Source of the DNA: an uncultured Ardenticatenaceae bacterium
Lineage (GTDB): Bacteria; Chloroflexota; Anaerolineae; Promineifilales; Promineifilaceae
Direction of reading: 5' to 3'
Length of the DNA: 58,350 nt
Assembly (NCBI GenBank): GCA_964398825.1
Contig: CAYNOL010000003.1
Span: 1-58,350, forward strand
The notes beneath the pieces are model-generated. The model ran no database searches. It was not told the origin of the DNA and saw only the letters and a program-made list of their open reading frames with translations. This document shows positions 1 through 10,812 of the stretch, one piece after another (position 1 is the first letter of the stretch; every line of letters starts with the position of its first letter). The translations under genes and the position numbers were made by a program.

Positions 1-1240
1 GCAGCAGGGCGTTCTCGGCCAGCGCGCCGTGGCCGATCTCGCGGCGACGGGGGCCGCGCATGGGCCACGTCTCGCCGGTGGAGAAGGGCGGGAAGTTGTA
101 GTGGTGCATGTAACGGCGGCTGTCCTCAGGGGACAGGCCGTCGAGCTTTTGCGCCTCGCGCGGTGTGCCCAGGGCGACGATGGAGAGCACCTGCGTCTGG
201 CCGCGCTGGAACAGGCCGGAGCCGTGGGCGCGGGGGCTGATGCCCACCTCGGACGACAGCGGCCGAATTGTGGCGTAATCGCGACCGTCGGGGCGGATGC
301 CTTCATACAGGATGCGGTTGCGGACGGCCTTCTTGATCTCGTCGGCGAACACTTCGCGCACCGACTTGGGGTCGATCATCTCATCTTCGGCCAGGAAGCT
401 GTTGACGATCTCGTCGCGCAGCACGTCGAGCGCCTCGTTGCGGTCTTCGCGCTCCGTCGTCGTGGCGATAACCTCGGCGATCCGGTTGCCGATACGGTTC
501 TTGGTCGCCTCGACGAGGGCCGAGTCAACGGCCGAGATCGTCGGCTCGCGCTTTTCCTTGCCAACGGCCGCGCGCATTTCCTCCAGCAGGGTAATGATCG
601 GCTGCAGTGCCTGGTGGCCGAAGGCCAGCGCCTCGACCATGAGGTCCTCGGGGATTTCATTGGCGGCCGCCTCGACCATGATGATGGCGTCGCGGCTGCC
701 GGCGATGCGCAAGTCGAGCTTGCTGTCGGCCATTTCGGGGATCGTCGGGTCGACCACGAACTCGCCGTCAATGTAGCCGACGCGGACGGCGCCGATGGGC
801 CCGTTCCAGGGCACGTCGGAGATGGTCAGCGCGGCGCTGGCGGCGTTGACGGACATGATGTCGAGGTGATGGACGCTGTCGGACGACAGGGTCGTGACGA
901 TGACCTGCACCTCGTTGCGCATGCCGTCGGGGAAGAGGGGGCGCAGTGGCCGGTCGGTCAGACGTGAGGTCAGCACAGCCTCGGTGGTCGGCTTGCCCTC
1001 GCGGCGGAAGAAGCCGCCCGGAATGCGGCCGGCGGCGTACATCTTCTCTTCGAAGTCGACGCTGAGGGGAAAGAAATCCAGCCCCTCGCGCACGTTTTTG
1101 GACATGGTGGCCGTGGCCAGCAGCATCGACTCGCCCACCTGCAAGGTGACGGAGCCGCCGGCCTGTTCGGCCAGCTTGCCGGTCTTGATGGTCAGTCCAT
1201 GACGGCCCACAGTCGTTGAAAAAACAGATTCGCTATTCAT
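1..1240 (-). CDS. pnp: Polyribonucleotide nucleotidyltransferase (PNPase), 3' end runs off the window
   Basis: Not in the ORF track; my own minus-strand translation from ATG at 1240 gives [12 protein letters not shown]...[28 protein letters not shown]...RPLRPLFP...[11 protein letters not shown]...RREIGHG. It lies downstream of rpsO. Confidence 0.97.
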   Translation of the reverse strand, partial: MNSESVFSTTVGRHGLTIKTGKLAEQAGGSVTLQVGESMLLATATMSKNVREGLDFFPLSVDFEEKMYAAGRIPGGFFRREGKPTTEAVLTSRLTDRPLRPLFPDGMRNEVQVIVTTLSSDSVHHLDIMSVNAASAALTISDVPWNGPIGAVRVGYIDGEFVVDPTIPEMADSKLDLRIAGSRDAIIMVEAAANEIPEDLMVEALAFGHQALQPIITLLEEMRAAVGKEKREPTISAVDSALVEATKNRIGNRIAEVIATTTEREDRNEALDVLRDEIVNSFLAEDEMIDPKSVREVFADEIKKAVRNRILYEGIRPDGRDYATIRPLSSEVGISPRAHGSGLFQRGQTQVLSIVALGTPREAQKLDGLSPEDSRRYMHHYNFPPFSTGETWPMRGPRRREIGHGALAENALL

Positions 1241-1480
1241 TCTCTTGTTCCTTTGATACATCGCTGGAGCGTGCGATCCCGCCGGAGGAAACGGAAAAGA
1301 GGCAGCCGTATCGGCGCTGCCCAATCACTTTCTATTCTCCTGTCAGGAAAGACGATCCCGCATAGGTTTATCGGGGGAGCAGATGTGGGGTTAGGGACTG
1401 GGGATTGGCTCTTACATGCCCACCGTGGGTGTAAGCTACAATACCCAATTCCTAAACCCGGCCGTTTATCTGCTCCTGTA

Positions 1481-1508
1481 AAAAGGGCGAAGCGTACTTC
1501 GCCCTTTT
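1481..1508 (-). terminator. Intrinsic terminator after rpsO
   Basis: AAAAGGGCGAAG-cgta-CTTCGCCCTTTT perfect hairpin with T runs on both sides. Confidence 0.8.
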
Positions 1509-1525
1509 CGTTATTTCGTTGTCAA

Positions 1526-1795
1526 TTAGCGGCGCAAGCCCAGTCGGCTGATAATGGCGCGATAACGCTCAGGGTGCTCCTTGCGCAAGTAGGCCAGCAT
1601 ACGCCGGCGCTTGCCCACCAATTTGAGCAACCCACGACGGGAGCTTTCGTCATGCTTGTGGGTGTTCAAATGCTCCTGGAGCTGGCGGATCCGCTTGTCC
1701 ATGAGCGCGATCTGCACCTCGGGCGAACCGGTGTCGCCTTCGTGCGTCGCAAAGTTCTCGATCAATTCGGCTTTTTCTGCCACAGTCAAGGGCAT
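1526..1795 (-). CDS. rpsO: 30S ribosomal protein S15
   Basis: 89 aa with [10 protein letters not shown] and [19 protein letters not shown] motifs. Confidence 0.99.
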   Translation of the reverse strand: MPLTVAEKAELIENFATHEGDTGSPEVQIALMDKRIRQLQEHLNTHKHDESSRRGLLKLVGKRRRMLAYLRKEHPERYRAIISRLGLRR

Positions 1796-1895
1796 GGTTA
1801 TCCTCCGTAATGTAATGTCTTCTAAACTTCAGAGGCAGCTTGCCTCGGCCGAAAGGCCGTCGTGCCGATAACGTCGTACCTTTCCGCCAGAGAGT

Positions 1896-1923
1896 ATTAT
1901 AGCGAAGCTTGCCGGAGTGACAA
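1896..1923 (-). promoter_or_regulatory. Sigma70-type promoter of rpsO-pnp
   Basis: Minus strand TTGTCA-16 nt-TATAAT about 100 nt upstream of rpsO. Confidence 0.7.
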
Positions 1924-1952
1924 GCGGGGCCTGGGTGGGGTTAAGAAATGTG

Positions 1953-2055
1953 AATTAAACACGGATGGGACACGGATTTTACGGAATAAACGAATTATTC
2001 TCTTAACGAACAATCCGTTAAATCCGTCTCATCCGTGTCCCTTCCGTGTTTAATT
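1953..2055. repeat. ACGGAT-type palindromic repeat, subtype A
   Basis: Ends AATTAAACACGGA...TCCGTGTTTAATT with internal ACGGA/TCCGT units about every 9-10 nt; related copies at 4477, 35631, 40321 and 52625. Confidence 0.9.
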
Positions 2056-2063
2056 TCTTCTTC

Positions 2064-3233
2064 TTAAGCGACTAAAATTTCGGACTCTACGCCGACGTCG
2101 GCCAGCATGCGACTGATCTCGTCGCGGTAGTTGGCGTTCATGATGATGACGAAGTCGGGGTCGAGCGCCTTCAATTCGGACGGCGGGACGATGCGCTGGC
2201 CGGTGCCGGCGACGTACTTGCCCTGCTTGCGCGGATTGATGTCGACGACGGCGGCGATCTCTTCGCCGGCGTTGAGCGCGTTGAGGAAGGTGACCCCCTT
2301 CGAGCCGGCGCCCCAGACGACGCCGCGCCGCCCGGCGGCCGAGAGCTCGCCCAGCCGCTGCTGCCACTCGTCCCGCTTCTGACGGTAGTTGGCGGCGAAG
2401 GCGCGGGCGTCTTCAGTCAGTTCGGCCAATTCTGCATCCCAATCATTGGAATCCACTGCGCCGTCATCGGGCATCGCCTCTATCGTCAGGAACTGCCCGC
2501 CGAATACCTCGTTGACAGCCAGCACGCGGAAGCCGTGCTTGCGGAAGAGATAGGTCAGCGACTGGGGGGTGAAGTAGGAGCAGTGTTCGTAGATGATGTC
2601 CCATATGCCGCCGCGGCGGATCGTCCACAATGCGTTGGGCACCTCGAGGAAGACGACGGATTGCTGTTCCCCCACCGCCCGGCGCACCTGGGCGATAAAG
2701 GCGTCGGGGTCTTCGATATGCTCCAGCACGTGGCGGCAGATGATGAGATCGGCCCGCTGGTCGATATACTTGTCGGTGTAGAAGTCCTCGATGAAGGTGA
2801 CGTTATCGGCCGTATACCCCTCTTCGGGCACATAGCTCGGGTCATACCCCCAGCCACGGTTACTGCCCAACGCGCACATCATGATCAGGAAGTCTCCCTT
2901 CCCCGCGCCGATCTCGACGATGTCTTTGTCGCGCAAGTCGTACTTCTCCACCAGCCCCTCGGCCAGGGCGGTGGCGTACTCCTGGAAGCGGGGGGAGAAG
3001 TGGAGGGAGTTCTCGTACTCCTGGGTGTACTCCATCAATGACGGATCGAAGGCCAGGTTATAGGTGTGGCCGCAGGCGGGGGAGTAGACCAGCCGCATAT
3101 CGCCGCGCGGCGCGTTGCGGGCGTCTTCGCGTGTCGGCCACAGCACGTTGCAGTGGACGGGCAGCTGACGCATCTCGATCAGGTGGATGAGGTCCGAATC
3201 GGGGCAAACGGGGAATTTCTTGGCGTTGTCCAT
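2064..3233 (-). CDS. SAM-dependent C-methyltransferase-like protein (NDP-sugar C-methyltransferase family)
   Basis: Start trimmed to MDNAKKF. Motifs: CPVC, EIGAGKG (SAM), RHVLEH, YEHCSYF and C-terminal WGAGSKG. Confidence 0.85.
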   Translation of the reverse strand: MDNAKKFPVCPDSDLIHLIEMRQLPVHCNVLWPTREDARNAPRGDMRLVYSPACGHTYNLAFDPSLMEYTQEYENSLHFSPRFQEYATALAEGLVEKYDLRDKDIVEIGAGKGDFLIMMCALGSNRGWGYDPSYVPEEGYTADNVTFIEDFYTDKYIDQRADLIICRHVLEHIEDPDAFIAQVRRAVGEQQSVVFLEVPNALWTIRRGGIWDIIYEHCSYFTPQSLTYLFRKHGFRVLAVNEVFGGQFLTIEAMPDDGAVDSNDWDAELAELTEDARAFAANYRQKRDEWQQRLGELSAAGRRGVVWGAGSKGVTFLNALNAGEEIAAVVDINPRKQGKYVAGTGQRIVPPSELKALDPDFVIIMNANYRDEISRMLADVGVESEILVA

Positions 3234-3238
3234 AACGA

Positions 3239-4429
3239 TTAAAGCGTGCGAATGTCCGGCGACAGGCCCATGGCATTCAGATCTCGCGTGATCTCCTCGC
3301 GGTAGACGGGGTTCATGATGATGACCACGTCGGGCCTGTATGTTTTCAGGAAAGCGGGGGCGACGATTTCCTGGCCGGTGCCGGCCATGAAGGTGCCCGT
3401 CTTGATCGGGTTGATGTCGACGGCATAGCCGATGTCGTCGAGCGTTTGACCCAGCGTGGTCAGGAATGCGACGCCCTTCGAGCCGCCGCCCCACAGCACC
3501 ACCTTGTCTCCGGCGTCTTTCATGCCGGCCAGCGCGCGCTGCCATTCGTCCCGCTTGGCTTCGTAATGCTCGACGAAGTACTCCACCATCTTCAGCGTCT
3601 CGGCCGGGCTCTCTTCGTCGGGCAGCGGCGGCTCGACGGGGACGCCGTCGGCCGGGCGAGCCTCGATCATCAAATATTGATCATCGTAGGCCGTCCACAA
3701 ATCTTTCACCTCGAAGCCGTTGGCCCGGAACAGCCGCGCCAATGAACCCTTGGTGAAGTAAGAGCAATGCTCGTAGTAGATGTCCCAGAAGGCTACGTCG
3801 CACAGGACGTAGCGTGCGTTGGGGATCTGGAAGAAGACGACGGTGTCGCGCGCGTCGCCGATGGAGCGGCGGACGGTGGCGACGAACTCGCCCACGTCGG
3901 GGATGTGCTCCAGCGTCATCTTGCAGCAGATGAAGTCGGCGCGGTAGTCGGCGTACTTTTCGGAGTAGAAGTCGGCGATAAAGGTCAGGCGGTCGGCCGC
4001 GGGGCTGGGGTGGCGGCCGGGCACATAGGCAGGGTCGAAGCCCACCCCACGGTTGTCTCCCATCTCGCACAGCATGGTGATGAAGTCACCTTTGTCGCAG
4101 CCGATTTCGATGATGTCCTTGCCGCGCAGATCGTAGCGATCGATCAACTCCTGGGCCAGCGCCTTGTGGAACTTGTTGAACGTCGGGGAGTACCCTTGGG
4201 TGGCTTCGTATTGGGCGGTGTACTGCGTCAGAGCTTCGTCAAAGGCGATGTTGGAGACGAAACCACACGCCGGGCAGGCCGCCAGCCGGATGTCGCCGGT
4301 CTGGAAATTGATCGCCTCTTCCCGGCTCTTCACCAGCAGCACGCTATTCACCGGCACATCGTTTACTTCATAAAAAACCGCCATGCCGGCCGAACCGCAA
4401 GCCGGGCAGGCGCTATCAACGCTTCTCAT
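3239..4429 (-). CDS. SAM-dependent C-methyltransferase-like protein, tandem paralog
   Basis: CPACG...CPACG Zn site, EIGCDKG, LEH, YEHCSYF, WGGGSKG. Confidence 0.85.
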   Translation of the reverse strand: MRSVDSACPACGSAGMAVFYEVNDVPVNSVLLVKSREEAINFQTGDIRLAACPACGFVSNIAFDEALTQYTAQYEATQGYSPTFNKFHKALAQELIDRYDLRGKDIIEIGCDKGDFITMLCEMGDNRGVGFDPAYVPGRHPSPAADRLTFIADFYSEKYADYRADFICCKMTLEHIPDVGEFVATVRRSIGDARDTVVFFQIPNARYVLCDVAFWDIYYEHCSYFTKGSLARLFRANGFEVKDLWTAYDDQYLMIEARPADGVPVEPPLPDEESPAETLKMVEYFVEHYEAKRDEWQRALAGMKDAGDKVVLWGGGSKGVAFLTTLGQTLDDIGYAVDINPIKTGTFMAGTGQEIVAPAFLKTYRPDVVIIMNPVYREEITRDLNAMGLSPDIRTL

Positions 4430-4476
4430 CAGCGAACCTCATCAAGTGTTGGGAATGGGGCAATAGAGAGGAGAGG

Positions 4477-4558
4477 AATTAGCTACGGATTTAGGCGGAT
4501 GAAACGGATTAAGACCGATCGTTAAATCCGTTTTAACCGTCGTAATCCGCAGCCAACT
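4477..4558. repeat. ACGGAT-type palindromic repeat, subtype B
   Basis: AATTAGCTACGGATTTAGGCGGATGAAACGGATT...AATCCG...AATCCGCAGCCAACT directly after the lepA stop. Confidence 0.8.
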
Positions 4559-4559
4559 C

Positions 4560-6365
<1,806 letters not shown>

Positions 6366-6430
6366 GCGGCCAAGTATAGCAAAATGAAGAGTCCTTACCC
6401 ATTGTCCGGAGCGGCAGAAAGGAGAGACGA

Positions 6431-6895
6431 ATGGACGACGATTGGACACCGCCCTACGCCCATGACCCCAACCCCCATCCGCCCGACGACGATCCGGCGC
6501 TCGTCCTCGTGCTCGGCGGCCGCCGCATTCGTCTGGAACCGGCCGATCTGCTCGCCCTGCTGCAGATCGAGCTGGCCGATTGCTACATCGTCAGCACGGG
6601 GCACGGAACGAGCGGGCCGTTCACCTTCGGCGGCGTGGCCCTGGCGGAGCTGCCGGCCCGGTATGGCGCGGGGGCGTGGCGGGCGGTCGACGTCATCAGC
6701 GCCGATGGCTTCCGGACACGGCTGTCGCGGGACGAGCTGGCCCGCTTCGCCGCGCGGCCGCCGCTACTGGCCATGGTGATTGACGGCATGGCGATGACGC
6801 GCGGGCAGGGGTTGGTGCGGCTCATCGTGCCGCAGGAGACGGACGACGCGCTGCGACAGGTGAAGTGGGTGGCGGAGGTGCGGGTGCTGGTTTAG
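6431..6895 (+). CDS. Molybdopterin-dependent oxidoreductase-like small protein (sulfite oxidase fold)
   Basis: FGGVAL...SADGF...LLAMVIDG...VRLIVP...VKWV pattern resembles Oxidored_molyb. Confidence 0.6.
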   Translation: MDDDWTPPYAHDPNPHPPDDDPALVLVLGGRRIRLEPADLLALLQIELADCYIVSTGHGTSGPFTFGGVALAELPARYGAGAWRAVDVISADGFRTRLSRDELARFAARPPLLAMVIDGMAMTRGQGLVRLIVPQETDDALRQVKWVAEVRVLV

Positions 6896-7683
6896 TCGCC
6901 GCCGGGCGGGGTCATCACATCTTCGATCAGGCGGCCCAGGTCGGCCGATGCCGCGCCCGGTCGGAGCGCCGCCAGATACTCCACGTTGCCGTCGGTGCCC
7001 TGGATGGCAGAGCGAGTGAGCCCGACGACGCCCCAGTCCGCCGCCTCGGCCCAGCCGAGCACGTCGCGCAGCACGGCGCGACGCACCTCGGGATCGCGCA
7101 CGATGCCCCCCTTGCCCACCTGCTCCGGCCCCGCTTCGAATTGGGGCTTGATGAGGGCGACGACCAGGCCGTCATCCTTCAGCCATTTGCGGACGGCGGG
7201 CAGGATGAGTTTGAGCGAAATGAAAGAGACGTCTATGACGGCCACGTCGATCGGCTCGGCCAGCGACTCCAGGTAGCGGGCGTTGGTGCGCTCCAGCACC
7301 ACAACGCGGTCGTTCTGCCGCAGCTTCCAGTCGAGCTGCCCCTGGCCGACGTCGATGGCGTAGACGCGCTCAGCCCCGCGCTGCAGCAGCACGTCGGTGA
7401 AACCGCCGGTGCAGGCGCCGACGTCGGCCGCCACCGCCCCTTCCACGGCCACGCCGAACGCGTCCAGCGCCCCGGCCAGCTTGTAGCCGCCACGGCTGAC
7501 GTAAGGCATCGGCGTCGCCAGTTCGATATGGGCGTCGCGCGGCACTTGCGTGCCGGCCTTGTCCACCCGCTGGCCGTTGACGGTCACCTCGCCGGCCATG
7601 ATGTAGGCGCGCGCCTTGGCCCGCGTGTCGGCCAGGCTGCGCTCCACCAGCAGCACGTCGAGGCGTTCCTTGTCTTTGGCCAT
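6892..7683 (-). CDS. tlyA: TlyA family rRNA (cytidine-2'-O)-methyltransferase
   Basis: S4 domain RLDVLLV, YVSRGGYKL, DVGACTGGFTD, DVSFISL, KPQFE, GNVEYL; start trimmed to MAKDKE. Confidence 0.95.
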   Translation of the reverse strand: MAKDKERLDVLLVERSLADTRAKARAYIMAGEVTVNGQRVDKAGTQVPRDAHIELATPMPYVSRGGYKLAGALDAFGVAVEGAVAADVGACTGGFTDVLLQRGAERVYAIDVGQGQLDWKLRQNDRVVVLERTNARYLESLAEPIDVAVIDVSFISLKLILPAVRKWLKDDGLVVALIKPQFEAGPEQVGKGGIVRDPEVRRAVLRDVLGWAEAADWGVVGLTRSAIQGTDGNVEYLAALRPGAASADLGRLIEDVMTPPGGD

Positions 7684-7700
7684 GGCTCGCGTCGGGACGG

Positions 7701-8654
7701 CTAGGCTTGCGCCAGCCGCTGTTGCCAATCATCCAGCGCGTCCCGGAGTGATTGGCGCAGGGGGATCATCGGCCGCCAGCCGGTATCCCGCTCGATGCGG
7801 GCGTAGCTGCCGTAGAGACAGGGGATGTCGCTGGGATTCATGCGCCGCTCGTTGGGGCGCACTTCGACGTCTACGCCGTTGAGTTCGATAAGCGTATCGA
7901 GCAGCGTCTGCACGCTGACGGAATGGCCGGAGCAGATGAGATAGGCGCGGCCGGGCTGCCCCTTCTCGGCCAGCAGACGGTAGGCGGTGACCACATCGCG
8001 CACATCGGTGAAGTCCCGCTCCGGCTCCAGATTGCCGACGCGAATGACCGGCTCCGCCCGCCCCAGCCTGATGGCGGCCAGCTGCGAGGCGAAATCGGGC
8101 ACAACAAAGCCCTTCGCCTGTCGCGGGCCTATGTGATTGAACGGCCGCGCCTCGATAACCGGCAGCTCGTATCGCTCCCAATAGGCGCGGGCCAGCTCCC
8201 CGGCGGCCAGCTTGCTGACGCCGTAGGGGTGACGCGGGTGGGGGACGGTCTGCTCCGTCAGCGGCAGGTCGGCGGGGGAAATGGGGCCGTAGATCTCGGC
8301 GCTGGTGACCACGACGACGCGCGGGCGGCCGAAGGCGGCCGCGGCCCGCAGCAAATTGGCCGTGCCGCCGGTGTTGACGGCGATGGTTTGGGCCGGCTCG
8401 TCCCATGAGCGGGCCGGATACGCCTGCCCCGCAAGGTGGAAGATGGCATCGGGTCGTGCTTCGGCCACGGCCGCGACCATGCCCTGGGGGTCGAGCAGAT
8501 CGCCGGCGACCGGCTGCACCCGCTCGTGGTCGGGCAGCCCTTGGTGGCTGGTGGCCGCGTGGACGAGCGCCAGAACGTGATGGCCGTCGGCCAGCAGTTG
8601 TTCAACCAGATGGGAACCGGCGAATCCCGTCGCGCCGGTGATAAAAACACGCAT
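7701..8654 (-). CDS. GDP-mannose 4,6-dehydratase / GDP-6-deoxy-mannose reductase-like extended SDR
   Basis: ITGATGFAG, HLAGQ, YGVSK, FNHIGPRQ, GNLEPERDFTDVRD. Confidence 0.85.
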   Translation of the reverse strand: MRVFITGATGFAGSHLVEQLLADGHHVLALVHAATSHQGLPDHERVQPVAGDLLDPQGMVAAVAEARPDAIFHLAGQAYPARSWDEPAQTIAVNTGGTANLLRAAAAFGRPRVVVVTSAEIYGPISPADLPLTEQTVPHPRHPYGVSKLAAGELARAYWERYELPVIEARPFNHIGPRQAKGFVVPDFASQLAAIRLGRAEPVIRVGNLEPERDFTDVRDVVTAYRLLAEKGQPGRAYLICSGHSVSVQTLLDTLIELNGVDVEVRPNERRMNPSDIPCLYGSYARIERDTGWRPMIPLRQSLRDALDDWQQRLAQA

Positions 8655-8815
8655 AACAAACCCCGTCGTCTATATGACCCGCGCCGCGCCGGTTGAGCGG
8701 ATCGTTGTGGCTGAGGGTCAATTATAACCAGCCTGGGAAGATTACCTAACCCTTTATGAATCAGCGATAGATTTTTATGGCCGGGAATTGGGCCGACTCT
8801 ATAATGACCCTACCG

Positions 8816-9934
8816 ATGCCGTCTAAAACGACACGATCGAACACGATGCCTCGCCCGCCGTTGGGAGCCGGCCTGCGCCTGCTGGGGCTGGCGCTGATCC
8901 TCTCTTTCCTGCAGCCCGCCCCGGCGCTCATCACCTTTGGCCCGCCGCAAACGGTCGATACCACGCGGCCGATCCTCGGCGTCCACACGCGGCTGACGGA
9001 CGAAGTCGAGGAGTGGAAGATCCAGCGCACGTTGCAGATGGTGCGCGAGATGGGCGCATCGTGGATCGTCGAGTTCTTCCCGTGGGCCTACTACCAGGCC
9101 GAGGACGGCAGCGTGGCGTGGGAACACATCGACCTCGTCATCGGCCACGCCCGCGCCAACGGGCTGAAGGTCATCGCCCGCATCGGGTACACGCCCGACT
9201 GGGCGCGCCCGCCCGACACCCCCCTCACTTACCTGGATGAGGACGCCTACGACGACTTCGCGGGGTTTGCCGCGCTGTTCGCCACACGCTACCGGGACGA
9301 GGTGGAGTACATCATCGTCGGCAACGAGCCGAATCTGAGCTTCGAATGGGGGTATCGGCCGACGACGCCGGAAGATTATGTCAAGCTTTTGCGCGTCGTC
9401 TACCCGGCGGTGAAGGCGGCCAACCCGGATGTGGTGGTGCTGGCGGGGGCGCTGGCGCCGACGCTGGAGCCGGAAGGCTCCCCCTGGGCGACCAACGATC
9501 TGACCTACCTGCGTGGAATGTATGAGAGCGGCGCGGCCGACTACTTCGACGGCCTGGCCGTCCATGCCTACGGGCTGACCTTCCCGGCCGAGGCTGAGCC
9601 CGCGCCCGACGTGCTCAATTTCCGGCGGATCGAGCTGGTGCGGGAGATCATGGTGGAATTCGGGGACGAGGCCACGCCGATCTACGTCACCGAGACGGGC
9701 TGGAACGACCACCCGCGCTGGACGATGGGCGTGCGCCCCGGTCAGCGCATCCAGTATACCCTCGACGCGCTCGATTACGCGGCCGAGCATTGGCCCTATG
9801 TGGAGACGCTGGCGATCTGGGCCTTCCGTTATCCCGGCCCGACGCGCAGCTACCCCGACTACTTCACATTAGTGACGCCGGAGTTCGTCCCCAAGCCGAT
9901 TTATGAGGCGCTGAAAGCGTATGCGGGGAATTAA
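8816..9934 (+). CDS. Secreted clan GH-A glycoside hydrolase (GH5/GH39-like)
   Basis: Hydrophobic signal, NEPN acid/base, HAY, TETGW nucleophile; start uncertain (8777-8846). Confidence 0.75.
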   Translation: MPSKTTRSNTMPRPPLGAGLRLLGLALILSFLQPAPALITFGPPQTVDTTRPILGVHTRLTDEVEEWKIQRTLQMVREMGASWIVEFFPWAYYQAEDGSVAWEHIDLVIGHARANGLKVIARIGYTPDWARPPDTPLTYLDEDAYDDFAGFAALFATRYRDEVEYIIVGNEPNLSFEWGYRPTTPEDYVKLLRVVYPAVKAANPDVVVLAGALAPTLEPEGSPWATNDLTYLRGMYESGAADYFDGLAVHAYGLTFPAEAEPAPDVLNFRRIELVREIMVEFGDEATPIYVTETGWNDHPRWTMGVRPGQRIQYTLDALDYAAEHWPYVETLAIWAFRYPGPTRSYPDYFTLVTPEFVPKPIYEALKAYAGN

Positions 9935-10721
9935 GGTCGTAACCGCGGCACGCCGGTCGGCGTTGATCGCCCTTGTGTCGGTGCTGCTGGCCGTGGCCGG
10001 CTGCGGCGAGGACAGGGATTCGTGGCCCCGCATTGAGGAGTCGGGCGTGCTGCGCGTGGGCGTGGACCCGACATTCCCACCGTTTGCGCTGGGCGAGGGT
10101 TCAACGCTGCGGGGGATCGACGTCGATCTGGCGCGGGCTATCGCCGGCGAGCTGGGAGTGCAAGCCCAATTCACCTACTTCGGTTACGATGGCCTCTACG
10201 ACGCATTGACCACCGGCCAGGTGGATGCGCTGATCTCCGCACTGGTCATCGCCCCCGAGCGGACGAAGGAGATCGCCTACTCGACACCCTACTTTGACGC
10301 GGGTCTGTTGCTCGTCACCGGCCAAGACGAGGCGATCAGCGGTATGGCCGACTTGCGGGGCAAGACGCTGGCGGTGGAGCTGGGCGCGCTGAGCCACGTC
10401 GAGGCGCTGGAATGGGAGCGGACGCTCGGGGATTTAATGGTAGTGACACACGGCAGCGCTGCGGACGCACTGGCATCCGTGGCCGCGGGCGAGACGCAGG
10501 CGGCGCTGGTCGATCACGTCAGCGGCCGCCTCTATCTGGGCCAACCGGCCGAAGCGGGCCGGCCGCTCGTTATCGTTCCCGGCATCGTCGCCCCGGAACC
10601 TTATGCGATCGCCGTGCGTATAGAAGATCGACTGCTGCTGGAGAAGATCAACGATGCACTGGGTCGCCTGCGCGCGTCGGGGCGGCTGGAGCAGATAGTC
10701 GGTGACCACTTGGGTCAATAG
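9921..10721 (+). CDS. Amino-acid-type ABC substrate-binding lipoprotein (SBP family 3)
   Basis: Lipobox VAGC, LRVGVDPTFPPF, GIDVDLARAIA, YSTPY. Confidence 0.9.
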   Translation: MRGIKVVTAARRSALIALVSVLLAVAGCGEDRDSWPRIEESGVLRVGVDPTFPPFALGEGSTLRGIDVDLARAIAGELGVQAQFTYFGYDGLYDALTTGQVDALISALVIAPERTKEIAYSTPYFDAGLLLVTGQDEAISGMADLRGKTLAVELGALSHVEALEWERTLGDLMVVTHGSAADALASVAAGETQAALVDHVSGRLYLGQPAEAGRPLVIVPGIVAPEPYAIAVRIEDRLLLEKINDALGRLRASGRLEQIVGDHLGQ

Positions 10722-10812
10722 GGCTACTGCATTTGACGCAAGTTCGTTTATAATGAGGATGTTCCCCACAAACCTACGTATTGACCCATGTTCAACACGT
10801 ATTAAAAAAGCT

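Noticed and set aside
29-967. 312-aa plus-strand ORF and many similar long antisense ORFs (e.g. 5055-6290, 15649-17139, 31580-32710, 45932-47272)
   Set aside because: Shadow frames opposite well-supported genes, as expected from high-GC codon bias.
1953-2055. ACGGAT repeats as a CRISPR array, and short ORFs crossing them (1862-2053, 35621-35815, 52627-52860)
   Set aside because: No direct repeat-spacer periodicity and no cas genes; the ORFs are explained by translation through the repeats.
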